From the IMG/VR virus record IMGVR_UViG_3300034082_000804, positions 1 through 64,000 of that record: a stretch of DNA of 64,000 nucleotides; one strand, given 5' to 3'. The notes under the pieces are model-generated. The model searched no databases and had not been told where the DNA came from. It saw only the letters and a list, made by a program, of their open reading frames with translations. The position numbers and the translations under genes were made by a program. Below are positions 36,696-45,708 of the stretch, piece by piece (positions within the stretch are counted from its first letter, which is position 1; each line of letters opens with the position of its first letter). This DNA comes from an uncultured virus (IMG/VR IMGVR_UViG_3300034082_000804). Its lineage: Duplodnaviria; Heunggongvirae; Uroviricota; Caudoviricetes.

Positions 36696-37095
36696 AAATA
36701 TTAGTCTTGATGATGTGCGTAAAGGATATCACTACGACCCAGGTTTCAACAGTATGCTAATACAGATTGTAGATCCTGGTACAGAATTCCCAACACCTAA
36801 GTATGACTTCCACACTGTACGCCAGTTCTACTTCTTAGATGTAGAAGAAAGCGATAGCGAAAAGTTTTACTATGCGGCAGCCATTACCAATGAAGATGCT
36901 AAAGGTATTGCTAACGCATTAAAAGAAGCATGGGAACAGAGTATGAACGTAGTGGTACACTGCCACATGGGTGTAGCACGTAGTGGAGCAGTAGCAGAAG
37001 TAGGACAAATGATTGGGTTTAGAGATACAGAGAAATTCCGTGTTCCAAACCTAATGGTCAAACACAAGCTAATGCACTATTTAGATTTAGTTTAG
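36676..37095 (+). CDS. CX5R (tyrosine/dual-specificity type) phosphatase
   Basis: VVHCHMGVARS motif and FLDVE loop; start placed at ATG 36676 after AAGGA. Confidence 0.75.
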   Translation: MMKPWIENISLDDVRKGYHYDPGFNSMLIQIVDPGTEFPTPKYDFHTVRQFYFLDVEESDSEKFYYAAAITNEDAKGIANALKEAWEQSMNVVVHCHMGVARSGAVAEVGQMIGFRDTEKFRVPNLMVKHKLMHYLDLV

Positions 37096-37098
37096 AAT

Positions 37099-37174
37099 GC
37101 CACCTTAGCTCATCTGGTAGAGCACATGTTTGAAGCACATGGTGTGCCTGGTTCAAGTCCAGGAGGTGGCACCA
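37099..37174 (+). tRNA. tRNA-Phe(GAA)
   Basis: Loop TT-GAA-GC, CCA. Confidence 0.9.
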
Positions 37175-37187
37175 AGTTTGGAAGAAA

Positions 37188-37348
37188 GCCGGTACATTAT
37201 GTATTCGAGGTTAGGAGAGACCGGCAAACCGTCCATATAAAGACCAGACCTCAATCTCGTTAAGAGACAATTCTGGTTCCGCTGACGCGAAAAGAGGATG
37301 GGCTGCGCTCACGGGGTTTGTTAGGTTCCTGACACATGAATACCTAAC
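37188..37348 (+). ncRNA. Candidate structured ncRNA
   Basis: Stems GCCGGT/ACCGGC, CCGTCC/GGATGG, ACCAGA/TCTGGT, GTTAGGT/ACCTAAC. Confidence 0.5.
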
Positions 37349-37356
37349 ACTAACAT

Positions 37357-37444
37357 GGAAGTTACTGAGGTCGGCTCCTCACACAGTCTTGAAAACTGTA
37401 GTTACCAGGAATGGTAAATCGTTCGATGCGATTAACTTCCGCCA
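37357..37444 (+). tRNA. tRNA-Ser(TGA), non-canonical D-arm
   Basis: Loop CT-TGA-AA, long V-arm, GCCA end. Confidence 0.8.
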
Positions 37445-37449
37445 AATAC

Positions 37450-37478
37450 TTGACACTGTCGGCAAACGGTGTTATAAT
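37450..37478 (+). promoter_or_regulatory. Sigma70 promoter
   Basis: TTGACA-17-TATAAT with a TGn extension. Confidence 0.85.
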
Positions 37479-37498
37479 AGTTGTATAGTAAGAAATTA

Positions 37499-37588
37499 GG
37501 AGAGTTGGCCGAGTGGTCGAAGGCAGCGGCTTGCTAAGCCGTCCTCCCAGTAATGGGAGCATAGGTTCGAATCCTATACTCTCCGCCA
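37499..37588 (+). tRNA. tRNA-Ser(GCT)
   Basis: Loop TT-GCT-AA, long V-arm, GCCA end. Confidence 0.92.
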
Positions 37589-37598
37589 AGATTAAGTA

Positions 37599-37674
37599 GG
37601 GCCGATAACTCACTCGGCGAGAGTACTGTGCTCATAACGCAGAAGGCAGGGATCATAACCCTGGCGGCCCACCA
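37599..37674 (+). tRNA. tRNA(CAT), probably Ile2 (lysidine-type)
   Basis: Loop CT-CAT-AA; C4:G69 and C5:G68 as in TilS substrates; atypical T-loop. Confidence 0.65.
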
Positions 37675-37675
37675 A

Positions 37676-37760
37676 GCGACTGTGGAGAAACTGGTATACT
37701 CATCAGACTTAAAATCTGACGCCGCAGGGCATGGCGGTTCGACCCCGCCCAGTCGCACCA
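37676..37760 (+). tRNA. tRNA-Leu(TAA)
   Basis: Loop CT-TAA-AA, V-arm, CCA. Confidence 0.92.
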
Positions 37761-37766
37761 GACACT

Positions 37767-37841
37767 CCGGTGTTAGTTAAATGGATATAACAGGGGATTT
37801 CTACTCCCTAGTTGGGGGTTCGATTCCCTCACGCCGGACCA
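37767..37841 (+). tRNA. tRNA-Arg(TCT)
   Basis: Loop TT-TCT-AC, CCA. Confidence 0.88.
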
Positions 37842-37859
37842 TAACAACAAGGAAACAGT

Positions 37860-38117
37860 ATGTCAATAATACAAAATTATAATGTAGAAGAACAACTAAC
37901 CGCCGCAGAAAATCGAGCAATTGAAAAACGTGAAGCAGACGAAATTATCAATAATGCTATGAAAGAATTCTTAGCCAGCGGCGGAAAGATACAACAGATT
38001 GAGCGGGGAGTTAGCCAGCAAGCAGACGGCGCATCTTATGCAGCCTGGGGAGCAGCACGCAAAGCAGGTCGCCCAACAACAGATACGACAGCTTCAATAG
38101 CAGACCTTAACAAATAA
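37860..38117 (+). CDS. Hypothetical protein
   Basis: 85 aa; EFLASGGKIQQI; SD AAGGA. Confidence 0.65.
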   Translation: MSIIQNYNVEEQLTAAENRAIEKREADEIINNAMKEFLASGGKIQQIERGVSQQADGASYAAWGAARKAGRPTTDTTASIADLNK

Positions 38118-38135
38118 TATAAAAGGTAATACTAT

Positions 38136-38384
38136 ATGAAATTTACCCTAGCAGAAATTATTGAATTAGCTAAAGAAGTAGAACTTAGCGATGAAATCGA
38201 TTGGGACGATTTGCCCTTAGATAAAGATCGCATCTACCAAATCATTGGTAGTCAAACCTATGAGCTATACCAAGAGTATGCTCTGTCAGAAAACGGTGAA
38301 GCTATACTCTTAGCCACCATCACAAAGTTGTTGATCGAAAACTTCGTATTGAATTTACGTGTGCGAGGCAACAACGTCTTATAA
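38136..38384 (+). CDS. Hypothetical protein
   Basis: 82 aa with SD. Confidence 0.65.
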   Translation: MKFTLAEIIELAKEVELSDEIDWDDLPLDKDRIYQIIGSQTYELYQEYALSENGEAILLATITKLLIENFVLNLRVRGNNVL

Positions 38385-38394
38385 ATACTCAACA

Positions 38395-39471
38395 ATGATA
38401 CTGCTTTTCAATGTTAAAATCACCAGTCAAGGTCTGAGTTATTATCACCGTAGCGAATGGCTACCTGTGTATGATCGCATGGACATCTTTAAATACTGCC
38501 TAGCCAGTTATTCAGCACTACTCCCCTTACTAAGTAAATGTTTATTTTACATTCAAGTTGAACCAGAATTTGCTCACAGACAACAAGAATTACAAGCATG
38601 GATCACAGAGTTATTTCCTGCTGACCGTTTAGAACTACATTGGCATCGCATTAATCACACTCGTGATTGGCGCACACTGGGCGAACAGTTTGCTGATGAT
38701 GACCTAATATGGTTTGCTGGTAATGATGATCATATCTTTATAGATCACAACCTAGATGTAGTGGCCGCTGGCATTCGACTATTAAATGAAGACCCCGACC
38801 CACTAAGCGTAATTTACTACAGCCATTGGCCAGAACAGATGCGCCTAAGCATACACCATAATGGCGAACTTACACCAGATGGTAATTACATTAAGCACGT
38901 TTGGCGCACGTTTGATGCTATACGAATTTTAAAAGGTCAACGCTTTAAACAGTATTGGCAGGATAATGAGTACGGCGACGAGATTGTATTCCGCACAGAT
39001 ACCCTATGGCACAAGGGCTATGAGTTAACAGGCCCTGTCTACAGCCCAACACGTGAGCTAGTTCGTCACTACGATGGCTACAGTCATGTTAGTCCACATA
39101 TTATCAACCTAGCACCTCCTATTGTTATTCCTCCGGGCTTCTTTACTCGAGACATGCGAGTGCGTATTGGCTACGAGGATAGAGACAACAGTGCTACTAA
39201 TCTTTATGCCGCGGCACAATTCCTATATGCGGCACAGCCACAGGGTACTGACTATCGTTGGACCATCGAAGACATTCCGTTATTTTGGAAGAAATACATA
39301 GCTGATGTTGATGTTAATCTAGATCAACATATCTACAGTCTACAACAAGCACGTGATGCGGCCTACTTGGCCAGTACACGTATTCCAATGACCTGTTACA
39401 GCACAACCTTTGATCATACAGGTGCCGCACCTGACAGTTGGTTTAATAATCATTTGAGAACACGTGGATAA
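38395..39471 (+). CDS. Hypothetical protein, possibly glycosyltransferase-like
   Basis: NDDH motif; start moved to ATG 38395 after TATAAATA. Confidence 0.5.
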   Translation: MILLFNVKITSQGLSYYHRSEWLPVYDRMDIFKYCLASYSALLPLLSKCLFYIQVEPEFAHRQQELQAWITELFPADRLELHWHRINHTRDWRTLGEQFADDDLIWFAGNDDHIFIDHNLDVVAAGIRLLNEDPDPLSVIYYSHWPEQMRLSIHHNGELTPDGNYIKHVWRTFDAIRILKGQRFKQYWQDNEYGDEIVFRTDTLWHKGYELTGPVYSPTRELVRHYDGYSHVSPHIINLAPPIVIPPGFFTRDMRVRIGYEDRDNSATNLYAAAQFLYAAQPQGTDYRWTIEDIPLFWKKYIADVDVNLDQHIYSLQQARDAAYLASTRIPMTCYSTTFDHTGAAPDSWFNNHLRTRG

Positions 39472-40207
39472 TCTAGTACAGACATTTCGAGGGTTCAGCG
39501 GCAACCAAATATATCTAATGGATGACGGTAGTAAGTTGTTTGTTAGAAAAGTTGGCACGATTGGTCGTAATGTAGAACGTATGCTAGCACTAGTTAATAA
39601 CTATCCTGTACCTAAAATATACAGGTACAGCGATATTACTCTAGACATGGAATATATACACGGTCTAGATATTAAAACGTATCTTAAGTCGCATCAACCA
39701 AATCGTTTATTACAATTTTTATTTGGCGTCTTAGATAAACTATCAGCTAATGCTGTAGATAAAGACTACACAGAAATTTACAAGGCTAAACTACAAGAAA
39801 TTGATTTTAGTCTACTGCCGTTTACTGCGCAGGAACTCTTAGATAAACTGCCCAAACATTTGCCGCAAAGCGAATACATAGGTGATCTAACATTAGAAAA
39901 CATTATCTACACAGAAGATGGATTCTATTTAATTGACTGCGCTACCATTGACTACGATAGTTACATATTTGATATTGCTAAACTACGTCAAGACTTAAAC
40001 CTACAGTGGTTTACTCGCAACAGTGACGTGGTATTAGATGTTAAGACTAACTACATCAGTCAACAGCTTAAACAACGCTATCCACAGGCATTAGTGGATA
40101 ACGATTACTTGTTAATTTTAATGCTACTACGTGTTTATCGACATGCCCCTCGAGGCACGTACGAACACGTATTTTTACTTGAAGGAATTAGACGATTATG
40201 GAAATAA
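39464..40207 (+). CDS. Aminoglycoside/choline-kinase-like phosphotransferase
   Basis: MEYIHG, GDLTLENI, LID, DIAKLRQD. Confidence 0.7.
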   Translation: MDNLVQTFRGFSGNQIYLMDDGSKLFVRKVGTIGRNVERMLALVNNYPVPKIYRYSDITLDMEYIHGLDIKTYLKSHQPNRLLQFLFGVLDKLSANAVDKDYTEIYKAKLQEIDFSLLPFTAQELLDKLPKHLPQSEYIGDLTLENIIYTEDGFYLIDCATIDYDSYIFDIAKLRQDLNLQWFTRNSDVVLDVKTNYISQQLKQRYPQALVDNDYLLILMLLRVYRHAPRGTYEHVFLLEGIRRLWK

Positions 40208-41223
40208 TTGTACCCGCCGCAGGATTAAGCACACGCTTTCCGGGCATGCGACCAAAGTATACCTTAGCCGACTTTACAGGCAAGATGATGTTTGAACGTA
40301 GTATTGCTCCGTATTTAGGCAGGCATCATATTACTCTAGGAATCATCGCAGAGAATGAAGCAAGATACGCTATTGCTGATTACGTTACTGAACACTACCC
40401 AGATGATATTACATTAATCGTCTTACCTGAACGTACCTCAGGACCAGCCAACACAGTATATCAAATACTCAAAGCTATGGACTTTGCTCCCAGTACAGAA
40501 TTCTTAATCAAAGACTGCGACAGTTTCTTTGAGCACGAATATCAAGAGGGAAACTATGTATGTGTGAGCAGTATCAAAGATCATGAAGTACTTAAGAAGT
40601 TGGGCAGTAAAAGTTTTATTGTCAGCAATGATCAAGGCATTATTACCAGCATCATCGAAAAGCAGGTAGTCAGCGATAAGTTCTGTGTAGGCGGATACAA
40701 GTTTGCCAGTGTTGGTATGTACCTAGATGCCTATGAAAAACTTAATGCGGCCAACGTAAAAGAAATATTTGTCAGTCATGTTATTGAACAGTGCTTAAAT
40801 GATCGTCATATCTTTAAAGAAGCCTTGGTCACTGACTACACCGACGTAGGCACAGCAGATGATTGGTTTGAATACAATGATCGTGCTGTGGTGTTTTGTG
40901 ACATTGATGGAACTATTATTCAAGCACAGAACTATAGAAAACATAATGTGCCCACAGTGCCTTTGGCTAACAATATTGCCAGAGTTAAACAGCTAGTAGC
41001 CAACGGTGGACAGTTGATCTTTACTACAGCACGTCCCGAAAGCCGGCGTGAAGAAGATATCGCCATGCTAACAGAATTAGGGTTCAATGACTTCCAATTA
41101 GTATCAGGATTAAAGAATACCAAACGTATTCTAATCAACGACTACAATGAAGCTAATCCTTATCCACGAGCTATTGCGGTAAATATCAAACGCGACACGG
41201 ATAATTTAACAGATTATATATGA
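40198..41223 (+). CDS. Nucleotidyltransferase fused to a HAD phosphatase
   Basis: IVPAAGLSTRF...PK N-terminus; CDIDGT and TTAR in the C-terminal domain. Confidence 0.8.
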   Translation: MEIIVPAAGLSTRFPGMRPKYTLADFTGKMMFERSIAPYLGRHHITLGIIAENEARYAIADYVTEHYPDDITLIVLPERTSGPANTVYQILKAMDFAPSTEFLIKDCDSFFEHEYQEGNYVCVSSIKDHEVLKKLGSKSFIVSNDQGIITSIIEKQVVSDKFCVGGYKFASVGMYLDAYEKLNAANVKEIFVSHVIEQCLNDRHIFKEALVTDYTDVGTADDWFEYNDRAVVFCDIDGTIIQAQNYRKHNVPTVPLANNIARVKQLVANGGQLIFTTARPESRREEDIAMLTELGFNDFQLVSGLKNTKRILINDYNEANPYPRAIAVNIKRDTDNLTDYI

Positions 41224-41963
41224 GGCTAGTGCTTTTTAGTTATACAAAACATTATCATATTATGCAGTTAGCGTATAGACATGCTCTAACTGCCTTTGAT
41301 AATATCACTGATGTAACAGTTATATGGGATGACCTGTATGACCGTAGCTGTCCAGCAATGCCATTTAAGGCCGATGTTATTACACATTCGTCGTTGGACT
41401 TTTTATCTACAGAACAGCATGGCTGGCTACGTCAACAATATGTAAAATTAAATTTACACAAGCTGTTCAACGAAGACAGCTGGATAGTATTAGACGCTGA
41501 CGTGATACTAAAAACTAAAAAATCCTTTGACTGTAAAGAAATATATACAGACAGCGAAGATCATTATGAGCCGTATTTTAAATTTATTAAATATGCTTTT
41601 AACTTAGATAAAAATGATAGTCCTAGTTATATGACGCATTTTGCTCAAATTGAGCGCAGAGTATTAGTTAGTATAGAAGAGTTTATTTTAAATAAACACG
41701 GTAAAGATTTAATTTCAGTTTATAAAGAATATCCGGATATATCTCCGCCAGCTTGCCCTGGGTTTAGCGAGTTTGAGATATACGGATTATTTGTAGAACG
41801 GATACTACAAGAAAAAATAGCATTACCAGAATACCAAATTGAAAATTATTTGGCTGATAATTTTATTAAACATTACCACGACAACTATGATTTATTGTTG
41901 GAAGGTGATGATGCTGGTGTCCCTGTAGAATTTTGGCAAGCAGAGAAAATTAAATTTCAATAG
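41220..41963 (+). CDS. Putative GT-A-like protein
   Basis: GWLRQQYVKL, LDAD, FSEFEIYG. Confidence 0.5.
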   Translation: MRLVLFSYTKHYHIMQLAYRHALTAFDNITDVTVIWDDLYDRSCPAMPFKADVITHSSLDFLSTEQHGWLRQQYVKLNLHKLFNEDSWIVLDADVILKTKKSFDCKEIYTDSEDHYEPYFKFIKYAFNLDKNDSPSYMTHFAQIERRVLVSIEEFILNKHGKDLISVYKEYPDISPPACPGFSEFEIYGLFVERILQEKIALPEYQIENYLADNFIKHYHDNYDLLLEGDDAGVPVEFWQAEKIKFQ

Positions 41964-41968
41964 ATCAA

Positions 41969-41997
41969 TTGACATAGGTAATGTAATAATGTATACT
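41969..41997 (+). promoter_or_regulatory. Sigma70 promoter
   Basis: TTGACA-17-TATACT. Confidence 0.75.
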
Positions 41998-42016
41998 ATA
42001 TTTTTAAGGAGATATC

Positions 42017-42220
42017 ATGGCAACTAACGCAAGCTTCAATCTTTCAAAACCAGTTAAACGTATCGCGGCAACCATTTTAGACAAAGAAGTACGTAGATTA
42101 TTTCTTAATGCTATGATTGATGCCGAGTACACTAAACTAAATGGCAAAGGTCGTAAATGGTCTGACCCAGCAACAGCACAAAGAGCTCCTAGGGGCAACG
42201 CAACACCTGCTACTGAATAA
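42017..42220 (+). CDS. Hypothetical protein
   Basis: 67 aa; strong TAAGGAG SD. Confidence 0.7.
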   Translation: MATNASFNLSKPVKRIAATILDKEVRRLFLNAMIDAEYTKLNGKGRKWSDPATAQRAPRGNATPATE

Positions 42221-42915
42221 TGACCACAGACGCAATCAAACAATTTTACAGTCGCATTAACTTTCCAGGCAAGTACTCTTGGGAAGATCTCAAGTTCTAC
42301 GAAGAACAAGGGATCCACAACATCTATTTAAAAGAGATAGATGCTATTATGGTTGATGGCTACGATGTATTAGATGTTGGTTGCGGCACAGGCCTAGTAA
42401 GTAATCTATTTGCCATACACTATCCTAACAGTCAACTTACCGCAGTTGACTTTAGTGATAGTATTGACTATGCTCAGGAGTTTGCTAAAACAAATGGCAT
42501 AGCCAATGTTAAATGGATTAAAAAAGATTTCTTAGAGTTTCGTACTGTTAAGAAATATGATTTAATTATCTGTTGTGGAGTTCTCCATCACATCCCTGAG
42601 TACCAACAAGCACTAGCTAAACTAAAGGGTCTATTAAAACCTGGCGGTAAACTAGTTCTTGCTGTGTACAATAAGTATGGCAAGATACTTAAAAAGTTCT
42701 TTGAGATCAAATATAACTCGCACACGCTATATCACGATCAAGAAAATAATCCGTTTGAAATGAGCTTTACCAACAGACAGGTCTTAAAGATGTGTAATGA
42801 TTTAAAATTTGAATCAGTAACACCTAGTTTTAAGAATAAGTTTGTAGACACCCTAGCTTGGTTTAACAGCGAGAACGGTGGACTGGCTCTTTATGTCTTT
42901 ACCAATCCTACGTAA
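42220..42915 (+). CDS. Class I SAM-dependent methyltransferase
   Basis: VLDVGCGTG, GVLHH, LKPGG. Confidence 0.85.
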   Translation: MTTDAIKQFYSRINFPGKYSWEDLKFYEEQGIHNIYLKEIDAIMVDGYDVLDVGCGTGLVSNLFAIHYPNSQLTAVDFSDSIDYAQEFAKTNGIANVKWIKKDFLEFRTVKKYDLIICCGVLHHIPEYQQALAKLKGLLKPGGKLVLAVYNKYGKILKKFFEIKYNSHTLYHDQENNPFEMSFTNRQVLKMCNDLKFESVTPSFKNKFVDTLAWFNSENGGLALYVFTNPT

Positions 42916-44806
42916 AAAAACAATTGTAGTCTGTAACTTTCCTAGATTCAGCGGTGAAATCTGGTTACCATACCTATGGGCCAGTGCCAAGACCTACTAT
43001 GAACAATACGGTGAACGTAGTGATGAATGGACATGGTATCCTTGCTATGCTGACATCTATAGTTCAGACAACATAGATAAAATCAAACAACTATTAACTG
43101 ATGCTAAACCTGATGTGTTTGCTATTAGTCTGTATGTTTGGAACTATAACCTAGCCTACGAAATAGCCGCATGGGTCAAACAGACCTTTCCTAAATGTGT
43201 GATCATCAGTGGTGGTCCTCATCAATACTTTAAACACGATAGCAATTGGTTTAAAGAACATCCGTACTTAGATGCTAGTCTGCCAGGTGAGTGCTACGGC
43301 GAGCTGTGCTTTAACGAACTGCTGGACAATTACAGCGATGGCCAAATCAATTGGGATATGGTTACAGATGTACGCTACCCAAGCAAGGGCAGAAACATTA
43401 AAATTAGTAAGCAGACTATGGCGCATCGTGATAAGAAACAGTTTCAGTATGATTGGAGTGCTCTACACAGCCAGTACACTGAACTTACTGCGTTTATTGA
43501 ATTCCAACGCCATCACTTTCCTAGATCGTTGTTGCTGTGCGTAATTGAAACTACTCGTGGATGCCCCTACGGTTGTACCTACTGTGATTGGGGTGGCGGT
43601 ACTGCTACAACTGTTATTAAGAAAAGCATTGACAACGTTAAGTTAGACATTGATGCTGTAAGTCAATTTGATCTTACATTCTTATACTTTGCTGATGCTA
43701 ACTTTGGCATCTTTGGTCAACGTGACATTGACATTATCACTTACCTAATCAAACGTAAAAAAGAAACAGGGCAACTGTTTAAGATTGGCTATGGTGGCTT
43801 TGCTAAAACAGAAAACAAGCTAGACGTTATTAGAGATATACTGCGTATTGACTTTGACAATTCACTAAGTCTAACCAAAGAACTTAAACTAAGCCTACAG
43901 ACACTCGACGATGAGATACTAGAAAACATTGATCGTCAAAACATTAGCCTAGAAAAACAACTGGCTGTGTTTCAACCACTGGCACGTGATAAACAAATGC
44001 CTGTGTATGTTGAAATGATCATGGGCCTACCTGGTATTAGTTTAGAAAAATACTATTACGAACTAGATGTATTGGGCAGTTATAATCTAAGTGTACAGTG
44101 GTTTGAATGGATCCTACTACCAGAAACACCTGCTTATGCCTATGCCTATAGAGCCAAGTATGGTATTGAAACCATAGCTAAAAACAAAGGTTGGGCAGTA
44201 GTAGAAGAAGATTCTGATAGAGAAGTTGTTGTAGGTGGACATACGTTTACCAAAGATGACTATCTACAAATGATATTAAGTAATAGCCTGTATCATTTGT
44301 TTGTACAGGGAGGCTTTTATAGAAATACCCTAGACTTCATACAAATATCTATGCCCGCAGATCACGGCATGATCATACGCGACATCTATGAACAGTTTTT
44401 TTTAAAGTCTAGATACAAAGATAAGGTACTGGCACGTTGGCAGGAAATTATTAATAACCCTGATGTTCCCTGTACATTTGAAGTAGCTGGTGAACAGGTC
44501 TATGGCGGTTGGTACTTTGTTGCCCTAGCGTTCTCAGACGAAACGTTTGTAACGTATATGATAGGATACCTACAGCAAAAATATATGATCCCATCTAGTA
44601 TTATCAAACAAGACCGTGACATAACCATTAACTCATTTAACTTTGGATGTGCTAAGTGGCAGGGCCTAACTAGAATAAGCTATAAGAAAGCAGGTGGATT
44701 CCAAAATAACAGCGTACATTCGATGATTGGCCTGTTTATTAATCATATAGATACAAATACAGTGTTCCACGGTAAGAAAAAGCTCTTAGGACTAATAGGC
44801 AGATAA
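42893..44806 (+). CDS. B12-binding-domain radical SAM protein
   Basis: SLYVWN, SGGPH, ETTRGCPYGCTYCDWG, DANFG. Confidence 0.85.
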   Translation: MSLPILRKKTIVVCNFPRFSGEIWLPYLWASAKTYYEQYGERSDEWTWYPCYADIYSSDNIDKIKQLLTDAKPDVFAISLYVWNYNLAYEIAAWVKQTFPKCVIISGGPHQYFKHDSNWFKEHPYLDASLPGECYGELCFNELLDNYSDGQINWDMVTDVRYPSKGRNIKISKQTMAHRDKKQFQYDWSALHSQYTELTAFIEFQRHHFPRSLLLCVIETTRGCPYGCTYCDWGGGTATTVIKKSIDNVKLDIDAVSQFDLTFLYFADANFGIFGQRDIDIITYLIKRKKETGQLFKIGYGGFAKTENKLDVIRDILRIDFDNSLSLTKELKLSLQTLDDEILENIDRQNISLEKQLAVFQPLARDKQMPVYVEMIMGLPGISLEKYYYELDVLGSYNLSVQWFEWILLPETPAYAYAYRAKYGIETIAKNKGWAVVEEDSDREVVVGGHTFTKDDYLQMILSNSLYHLFVQGGFYRNTLDFIQISMPADHGMIIRDIYEQFFLKSRYKDKVLARWQEIINNPDVPCTFEVAGEQVYGGWYFVALAFSDETFVTYMIGYLQQKYMIPSSIIKQDRDITINSFNFGCAKWQGLTRISYKKAGGFQNNSVHSMIGLFINHIDTNTVFHGKKKLLGLIGR

Positions 44807-44816
44807 GTATTTTAAT

Positions 44817-45686
44817 ATGTTTACTATCACACCTAAATCATTAACAACAGCATTGCTAGTCACATTTGTGTGGATAGTGGGCGGCTACGAACTGTACGAT
44901 ACCATCACACACTTTAGTGAGCAATGGTATTGGTATCCGTTGGCGTTAATCTACACGGTGGCCTTAAATGATTGCTTTGTTCATATGTGCTGTGGACATG
45001 CTCTGTATGAAATAGATACTACCAGAATTGGTTATAAGATTACTTCTTTCTTGGCCACTGTAGAAAATGGCTGGGGACCAATAACAACCCTATGCCTAAT
45101 ACATAAAAATCATCATATGTATAGCGACCAAGGAAACAAAGACTGCTCTAATTGGCGTAATCATTGGTACAATATGAGTTTACTGAGTCCTATTAACTAT
45201 ATCTATCAAGAAAAAACAGAATATCCAGATGCAGATAACTTCTTTAAGAAACAACGCGAAGTACATAAAAATATTTTAGATGATCTTTGGACTTTCTTTA
45301 TTGAAGAATATTCAAATTGGCTGACTGTACTTTATTGGATCGTTTTATATTTTGTCTGTCCAATATTCTTATTTAAAATAGTGTTTATGGGTAGATTCTT
45401 AATGAGTTTAATATCTCCGTTTGCTAGTATCACTGGCCATGTTTGGTTGCCGACAAACTATAGAAACTTTAATACTCCGGATACATCGTATAATAATATT
45501 ATTTTTTATTACCTAACATTAGGTATATATCCAACAGCTATACAAAATAATCATCATGGCATGAGATATAGTTTAAAAACTGGACATAAAGTTCGTTGGT
45601 TTGAATTTGATTTAAGCGTGTACATAGTTAAATTTTTAAAATATTTTACAGAGAAAAGAGGAGCAAAGATTGATAATGGATTTTAA
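44817..45686 (+). CDS. Membrane fatty-acid desaturase-like protein
   Basis: His boxes HMCCGH, HKNHH, QNNHH; hydrophobic segments; WFEFD. Confidence 0.75.
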   Translation: MFTITPKSLTTALLVTFVWIVGGYELYDTITHFSEQWYWYPLALIYTVALNDCFVHMCCGHALYEIDTTRIGYKITSFLATVENGWGPITTLCLIHKNHHMYSDQGNKDCSNWRNHWYNMSLLSPINYIYQEKTEYPDADNFFKKQREVHKNILDDLWTFFIEEYSNWLTVLYWIVLYFVCPIFLFKIVFMGRFLMSLISPFASITGHVWLPTNYRNFNTPDTSYNNIIFYYLTLGIYPTAIQNNHHGMRYSLKTGHKVRWFEFDLSVYIVKFLKYFTEKRGAKIDNGF

Positions 45687-45708
45687 AATTGCGGATATTC
45701 AAACATAA
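45676..45708 (+). pseudogene. Orphan 5' stub resembling the ahcY start
   Basis: MDFKIADIQT* versus Ahc[11 protein letters not shown]; its stop overlaps the next ATG. Confidence 0.55.

Noticed and set aside
37224..37310. c-di-GMP-I riboswitch (GGCAAACC...GGG)
   Set aside because: Lacks the GNRA-capped stem and following ACGCAAAG consensus, and precedes a tRNA rather than a regulated ORF.
32891..37348. tmRNA, RNase P RNA or SRP RNA among the tRNA spacers
   Set aside because: No tmRNA tRNA-like ends or tag ORF, no GAGGAAAGTCC, and no SRP loop motif seen.
37357..37444. Selenocysteine or opal-suppressor tRNA
   Set aside because: The anticodon is TGA (reads UCA, Ser), not TCA.
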